NCBI GenBank assembly: GCA_051294375.1
Contig: CM119265.1
Coordinates: forward strand, 26,527,553-26,573,924
Direction: 5' to 3'
Origin: Paraspadella gotoi
Lineage: Eukaryota > Animalia > Chaetognatha
DNA: 46,372 bases
Position 1 is the stretch's first letter. Each line of letters starts with the position of its first letter. The notes under the pieces were generated by a model. It saw only the letters and a program-made list of their open reading frames with translations, was not told the origin of the DNA and did not search any database. The translations under genes and the position numbers were made by a program. Below, piece after piece: positions 40,271-46,372 of the stretch.

Positions 40271-40400
40271 CGCCGATGTGGTAGTCAATCTTTGCTGACA
40301 GATATTTAGATTTTATTGATTGATTGACCTAAAATAAAATTGAAGAGGAGAGAAGAGAAGAGACTTAACAACCCTTTCTTCCAAACACCCCTCCATTCAG

Positions 40401-40508
40401 ATGAAGGACAAGTGGGGATTCCGCATGACTCAACGTCTGCCTCTTTACGCGACTTCGCTGACGGACGCCGTCAAGGGAGACTACAGGCCGGATATCGTCA
40501 GGGAATGA
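40401..40508 (+). CDS. UPB1: Beta-ureidopropionase, terminal coding exon with stop, intact copy
   Basis: Acceptor ccattcAG| after a 190-bp GT-AG intron (40211-40400). Translates in phase as MKDKWGFRMTQRLPLYATSLTDAVKGDYRPDIVRE*, resembling the arthropod pyd3 C-terminus (KD.WGFRMTQR.PLYA). Confidence 0.93.
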   Translation: MKDKWGFRMTQRLPLYATSLTDAVKGDYRPDIVRE

Positions 40509-40701
40509 AGGGACGAGACAAAATGATATCTCGCTCTCTATTTCCCTCTTTTTCCCTCTAAGAATTCGTTTGGTTTCAGGCCAGATATTTTTTTGGTGCT
40601 GGCTTCTAGAAATCAAAAAATAGGAAATAGTCATTCTTAAAAAAAGACCAAAGCAGATTATCGTCGGGTTTTTTGAAGTATTATTGTACTAAATAATTGC
40701 C

Positions 40702-40707
40702 AATAAA
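40702..40707 (+). promoter_or_regulatory. Candidate polyadenylation signal of UPB1
   Basis: AATAAA about 195 bp downstream of the stop codon, in an AT-rich putative 3' UTR. Confidence 0.5.
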
Positions 40708-42020
40708 GTATTTAAGAATTAACTTTAAAAACTCTTATCGTTTTTCGTTGAATGGGCGACTCATTGGACTCTCGAGGGTGTTGGGTGTTGGGGTGTTGAG
40801 AGGGCGGAAGAAAAGGTGGGGTGTAAAAGAGGGGTGAGGGAGGAGTGGTGAAGTGTGAAAGAGGATGTGAATGTGGCGGAAGTGGGCAGAAGCGGACACA
40901 AGTGGGCGGAAGCGGACAGTGGATGGATCTAGAGACTGACGGACGGACTCAAAACTGAGGAAGCGCGCCATCTACCGACGAGACGAACGATGGGCGTGGC
41001 GCCGAAGAGAAAATAGAATCCGTCAAAAACGTCGTCGTTGTTGTTGTTGTCGTCGTCGTCGCCGTCTTCGCTTTATAAGTTATCGTTTGGTCAATCATTT
41101 GTCGGGTTTTCTTTTGTGAGACTTAGTAAATTGATTTTTTTGCTTTTTTTTATCAAAAATTAATAATAAGTTAATAACACAAAACCAAAGGCAAAGCGTT
41201 CATTTTGTAACGATCTAAGAAACTTACATTTTTTTTCTTTTATTTTTCGATTAGATAATCATCTGTGTCGTTTACTGTTTGTATTTTGATTATATTTCCT
41301 TCTGGTTTGTGTCAAATCAGTTTTTTTTTTCCAGCGGAAAGAAAAAGAAAGAAAAAAAANNNNNNNNNNNNNNNNNNNNNNNNNNNNNNNNNNNNNNNNN
41401 NNNNNNNNNNNNNNNNNNNNNNNNNNNNNNNNNNNNNNNNNNNNNNNNNNNNNNNNNNNNNNNNNNNNNNNNNNNNNNNNNNNNNNNNNNNNNNNNNNNN
41501 CTCTCTATCTCTCTCTCTCTTCCCCCTTTTATTTCAAATTTGACGGCTACCAAATTGCTCTTTTGGTTGAATTTAAATTTCTTCCGTTCGGACGTGACAA
41601 GCAGCGCCTCAAGCGGAGAAGAGAGAAAACGAAATGAGATTTTTCTTCTTCGTCGCGACGAAAGACAAATTTCGTTGCTTTTTTGTCACATTTTTCAATT
41701 TTTTTCCCTATTTTAATGTGTTTATTAAAACTCAGGAAATGGATAGATGGATCTGGTTGTCTCGCTTGTCTTTTTTGACTTTCTTCTACATTGGCCTAAT
41801 GATTGTAATAAAAAAAAATTAACAAAATTATTTTTTTTCGTTATATTCATTTAAGTTTTCTTTGTTTTTAATCTTCAATATATTTAATAAATTAACTTTT
41901 GCCCTTTATGAAACCGCGCGCTCCATCCCCAAATTATAGAACCATTAGAAATCAATAATATCAGTAACATCATATGAAATTAAAACCAAATTCATATCAT
42001 GTACTTTGTCCACTTTTCTC

Positions 42021-42083
42021 CGTCGTCGTCGTCGTCGTTGTCGTCGTCCTCGTGTCGTCGTCCTCGTCGTCGTCGTTGTCGTC
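42021..42083 (+). repeat. (GTC)n microsatellite
   Basis: Imperfect cgtcgtcgtc tract; a longer degenerate version spans about 11200-11525 and 28924-29249. Confidence 0.85.
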
Positions 42084-42573
42084 GAAAAGTAAAATCATCG
42101 ATTTTCGTTGTACACAGAAGATTTGATGCCAGAATCGATATATTTAGGCAGAGGTTGGGATATGGAAGGGGAAAGGCCGAGACAGGCTGGGGTAAGGAAG
42201 ACCCGAGTCAGATAAAAACTTGAATCTATCAATCAATCAATCAATCGCAATAATATTCTGACAATAAAGAATAAATTAAGATTTAACAAAGGTTACAATT
42301 AATCTAACAAACGATCAATCAATCAATCAAGAAATCAAGAAATCAATCAATCAATCAATCATTCATGTCTCATGTTCCAAGATATTGAACTACATGGGTA
42401 GATTGTTGCTTCTTGAATTCGTATGAATATATATATATATATATCTCCCATCTCCCATCTCCAATTGAAAATAAACTCAATATATCATTTATATTTATAA
42501 TGCATAATTTTAGAGAAAAACAAAGTTTTAATTGTATAATATGCATAATTTATAATAAAGTACAACCACTGCA

Positions 42574-42640
42574 GCCACAACTCGCCACAACTCGCCACTA
42601 CCTCCGCCACAACTCGCCACTACCTCCGTCACTCCGCCAC
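42574..42640 (+). repeat. Minisatellite of 10-11 bp (gccacaactc / gccactacctcc)
   Basis: About 6 imperfect tandem units; noisy equivalents near 15735-15820 and 33459-33544. Confidence 0.75.
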
Positions 42641-42735
42641 ACTAGGTCACCTGCAACCACAAAGAGAAACGAAAAACACTTTCGCTCAAGTTATTTTGGT
42701 TTCGTGTTTATTGAACGGAGAGAGATGGAGAGGGA

Positions 42736-42740
<5 letters not shown>

Positions 42741-42805
<65 letters not shown>
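42741..42805 (+). repeat. (AG)n microsatellite
   Basis: Perfect AG run; source of the ERERER ORFs. Confidence 0.97.
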
Positions 42806-42808
<3 letters not shown>

Positions 42809-43029
42809 AGATGAAGATGAAGTGAGAGACGAAATGAGAGAGACGGAAAGACAAAGATGGAGAGATAGAGAGAGAGATGGATAGTCGAAATCCGATTACT
42901 AAGTTTAGCTCGAAACTATTTTTGTTTCTTTCTTACTGTCTTTCTTTTTGTCTTTTTTTCTTTCTTTTTTTCTTACTTTCTTTTTTCTCTGTATTTCTTT
43001 CTTTCTTTCTTTCTTTTTTATTTGTTTCC

Positions 43030-43062
<33 letters not shown>

Positions 43063-44629
43063 NNNNNNNNNNNNNNNNNNNNNNNNNNNNNNNNNNNNNN
43101 NNNNNNNNNNNNNNNNNNNNNNNNNNNNNNNNNNNNNNNNNNNNNNNNNNNNNNNNNNNNNNNNNNNNNNNNNNNNNNNNNNNNNNNNNNNNNNNNNNNN
43201 NNNNNNNNNNNNNNNNNNNNNNNNNNNNNNNNNNNNNNNNNNNNNNNNNNNNTTCGCCGAAAAAAACATTTTTTTTCTGAGAAAATGTTTTTTTCGATGT
43301 TTTGTTGAGAGCGGTTGTTGTGGTCGTTGTTGTTGTTGTTATCGTTAACGTCTTATTTTCTCGTTTTTATCTTTTTTATTCTTAATTTGAAAAATAAAGA
43401 TATCTTACGACGCTCGACCTGTAGAGGAATTGTCATTTCGTAATCTGCTACAAAAGGCTCGCTGTTAACGCTAGACTTTAACAATTACTTTTACAATCAA
43501 CCATTTTCAAACTTAACACATATAAATGAGGTGATTTTAGAAGAATTTCCGCACGGAAAAAAAAATGCGGTAAACGTTTTCCAAAAAAGGGCATTACAGT
43601 TTAAAACTAACCAAAGATAAAAAGTCCATTCAGTTTGCGGCATTTTTTACTCTTTAAGGGTTTGAAACCTTTTGCATCCACTTCCGAAAATTGGAAGAAG
43701 GAAAAAAAAAAGCGAAAAAGTTTCTCAGACTTGAAAAAGCTTAAAATTCTTTTTTTTCCCTTTTTTTTGGCAGCGAGTTCAGGGTTCGGCTTGGTGATAA
43801 AAAGAAGCGAGTTTACAGTGCGGGTCGGAGAATGTATATAAGAGACGAATAACCAAAGAGATCACGTGACCGAGTTCGACCTCCGCTTTTCCGAAAACTC
43901 ACAAAATCCTCAACGAGCAAAGTTCGGAGTTCAACAAAAAGGAGAAAATTGTTATGCAACTCGTTTACTGTGATCGAGAGAGAGAGAGANNNNNNNNNNN
44001 NNNNNNNNNNNNNNNNNNNNNNNNNNNNNNNNNNNNNNNNNNNNNNNNNNNNNNNNNNNNNNNNNNNNNNNNNNNNNNNNNNNNNNNNNNNNNNNNNNNN
44101 NNNNNNNNNNNNNNNNNNNNNNNNNNNNNNNNNNNNNNNNNNNNNNNNNNNNNNNNNNNNNNNNNNNNNNNNNNNNNNNNNNNNNNNNNNNNNNNNNNNN
44201 NNNNNNNNNNNNNNNNNNNNNTTTATTAGTAACGCAACAGTTAATTTACAAATTTTAAACAAATATTCATTATTCAACATAGAATTTTGTGAAGTGGGAA
44301 TTTAACTATATTTCGAACAATACTTCGAAATTTACTTAACAACATTTAACANNNNNNNNNNNNNNNNNNNNNNNNNNNNNNNNNNNNNNNNNNNNNNNNN
44401 NNNNNNNNNNNNNNNNNNNNNNNNNNNNNNNNNNNNNNNNNNNNNNNNNNNNNNNNNNNNNNNNNNNNNNNNNNNNNNNNNNNNNNNNNNNNNNNNNNNN
44501 NNNNNNNNNNNNNNNNNNNNNNNNNNNNNNNNNNNNNNNNNNNNNNNNNNNNNNNNNNNCCGCCACCACCGCCGCCAACCCGACTTTCCCCAGCCCCATC
44601 ATCCCCATCGCAGTCCACATTATCCACAC

Positions 44630-44849
44630 TTTGGCCGTGGGTATCGTGTTCGGGCTGTGGTCGGGAAAGTAAGCGATCGCCCGGACTTCGCAGGATTGAC
44701 GAGTTCGGGCGTCGACGGGCGAATTGGGATCCTCGAAGGAAGAGTGGAAGCAGTAACGTCCTTGGCGAGTCGCGTCGGTGTCCCACTGTTTAAAGACGAG
44801 AACTTCGTCTCGTTCCATCGCGGGAAAGTAATGCCATTTGTGGGCGTGG
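44630..44849 (-). CDS. CmcJ/NvfI/AsaB-like Fe(II)/2OG oxygenase, exon C (distal His and RxS motif); 3' end uncertain
   Basis: Acceptor ctcAG| is phase-compatible with exon B (AG+C = Ser). Translates SHAHKWHYFPAMERDEVLVFKQWDTDATRQGRYCFHSSFEDPNSPVDARTRQSCEVRAIAYFPDHSPNTIPTAK, with the family W.YfP.M..dEvl.fK..D, H.sF.DP and R.S.EVR motifs. End placed at a weak GTGTGG donor; the frame also stays open to the gap at 44559. Confidence 0.9.
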
Positions 44850-45384
44850 CTGAGTTTAAGGGGGAAGGGTGAGTTAAGATGAAAGATCGAGGGAGTAAGG
44901 TGGGTAGGTTTAGAAATAAAAATACTATTTTCTCCTCCATGTAACCCTATGTACCTAAACAGNNNNNNNNNNNNNNNNNNNNNNNNNNNNNNNNNNNNNN
45001 NNNNNNNNNNNNNNNNNNNNNNNNNNNNNNNNNNNNNNNNNNNNNNNNNNNNNNNNNNNNNNNNNNNNNNNNNNNNNNNNNNNNNNNNNNNNNNNNNNNN
45101 NNNNNNNNNNNNNNNNNNNNNNNNNNNNNNNNNNNNNNNNNNNNNNNNNNNNNNNNNNNNNNNNNNNNNNNNNNNNNNNNNNNNNNNNNNNNNNNNNNNN
45201 NNNNNNNNNNNNNNNNNNNNNNNNNNNNNNNNNNNNNNNNNNNNNNNNNNNNNNNNNNNNNNNNNNNNNNNNNNNNNNNNNNNNNNNNNNNNNNNNNATC
45301 CAGTCAACAAATCACCCCACAGTGAATTCCCTCTCCAGCTTCTCTCAAACAGCCTACAATTCCCTAACAGTGAATTCCCCTCAC

Positions 45385-45661
45385 CTGTTACTCTCGTCCA
45401 ATCGACAGTTATGCAGCGTGAACTTCTTCCCCGATTCGTCCGCGTAAAAGTCCGCCGTGATGACGTCGTCTTTCCCCAGCGATCTTTGATCCAGCACCGC
45501 CAGGGGTCGCGATTCCACGGGCGCCTCGTCGATGTTGCGCCACGCGTTGACGAACAAGTAGCGCCCTCTCGCGTAGCGCGACGGTACGTCGCGGGAATAA
45601 TGGGCGAAGCTGCTGACGGTAGAGGGACCGTCAAAGTCAGTGTGGATGGCCAGGGCGTAGC
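45385..45661 (-). CDS. CmcJ/NvfI/AsaB-like Fe(II)/2OG oxygenase, internal exon B (HxD motif)
   Basis: aAG| ... |GTGAG; 277 bp, phase 1-2, no stops. Translates GYALAIHTDFDGPSTVSSFAHYSRDVPSRYARGRYLFVNAWRNIDEAPVESRPLAVLDQRSLGKDDVITADFYADESGKKFTLHNCRLDESN, containing HxD, NxWR and PLAvxD..S family motifs. The ORF track shows this region only in other frames. Confidence 0.92.
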
Positions 45662-45703
45662 CTTTCGAAAGTGGGGGGTGGGTGGGTGCGAAGGTAAGGA
45701 TTA

Positions 45704-46130
45704 AGGGAAAAGGGAAAGAAGAAATTGATGGAGGAAAAGGGAAACGTGAAAAAAGAAAGAGAAAAGAAAAGATAAGAAAGAAAGGAAAAGGATGAGAAAG
45801 GAAAAGTAAAGGATAAAGTGAGAGAGAAAAGGATTCGTACGGTCGGAAATTGGAATGGGGTAGTGAAAAAAGAAAAAGGGAAAGAAGTAAAGAGAGAAAA
45901 GTAAAGCGAAAAGAAAAGGGGGAAAAATGAAATAAAAAAGGAAAATGGGAAAAACTAATATGGAAAGTGGAAAGGGGATATAAAGACGGGAAATAGAAAA
46001 AGGTGAAAAAAAGAAATAAGTTAAAAAGGGAGAGGGGAAAAGGTAAATGGGGAACAAAAATAAAAGGAAAAAAAGGGGGAAAGACAAAGTGAAAAAGAAA
46101 GAGAAAGACAAAGTGAAAAAGAAAGACAAA
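45704..46130 (+). repeat. A/G-rich low-complexity tract filling the 488-bp intron (45662-46149) of the AsaB-like gene
   Basis: gaaaag-like runs, pyrimidine-rich on the sense strand; equivalents at about 19497-19925 and 37221-37649. Confidence 0.85.
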
Positions 46131-46149
46131 GGGCGCGACATCTTCTCAC

Positions 46150-46233
46150 CTTGAACGTCTTTGCTCTGAGCATTTTTGTGATGTTTGTCGGGATTTCGGA
46201 CGTTGTGTTGGATGATCTTCACATGTTCAGCGC
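46150..46233 (-). CDS. CmcJ/NvfI/AsaB-like Fe(II)/2OG oxygenase, internal exon A (earlier exons lie beyond the window)
   Basis: cAG| ... |GTGAG boundaries; 84 bp, phase 1-1. Translates (G)AEHVKIIQHNVRNPDKHHKNAQSKDVQ(G), matching the family GA..V.i.dH.vR motif. Confidence 0.85.
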
Positions 46234-46372
46234 CTGAGGTGTTTGTTAGGTTTTATTGTTAATTTATGATTATTAACATTTTGATGCAGTAAAACATAGT
46301 ATTCCCGGATCTAATACTTGAGGGACTGGTCCTTTTAGACAATTGAAACATTCTTTGAAAATTGAAATGTTA

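Larger units (their letters stand above)
38052..46372 (+). repeat. Third, gapped and most accurate version of about 6140-20170
   Basis: Same anchor order as copy 1; carries the only intact exons and pure microsatellites; five internal N gaps. Confidence 0.92.

Noticed and set aside
44336-45634. The 432-aa ORF as a single protein
   Set aside because: It reads through N gaps and introns; only about 44630-44849 is in the correct frame, and its N-terminal part is exon B in the wrong frame.
44630-46233. Fungal or bacterial contamination as the source of the AsaB-like gene
   Set aside because: About 500-bp low-complexity introns match the surrounding DNA, and copy 1 links it to the UPB1 exons without any gap (8370-20027).
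1-46372. A genuine three-copy tandem gene cluster, or LTR-like giant direct repeats of a mobile element
   Set aside because: Units contain only partial genes, break at N gaps, show insertion-type noise, and lack TG..CA ends, TSDs or any RT/integrase/transposase sequence.

Overview
Eukaryotic, microsatellite-rich animal DNA; a decapod or other crustacean source is my inference from the repeat content and intron style. The window is essentially one locus present three times: copy 1 at 1-20255, copy 2 at 20281-37979 and copy 3 at 38052-46372. About 10.7 kb of copy 2 (27284-37979) appears base-identical to 9560-20255 (offset 17724). Copies 1 and 2 are riddled with small insertions, and only copy 3 has intact reading frames, so the triplication looks like a long-read gap-filling artefact rather than a real duplication. 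Copy 3 shows two convergent intron-containing genes that the ORF track largely misses. On + are the last two exons of beta-ureidopropionase (UPB1/pyd3). On - are three in-phase exons of a CmcJ/NvfI/AsaB-family Fe(II)/2-oxoglutarate oxygenase, a family I know mainly from fungal and bacterial secondary metabolism. This spliced enzyme beside a normal metazoan gene is the most interesting biological signal (candidate domesticated horizontal transfer). Almost all listed ORFs are low-complexity noise.
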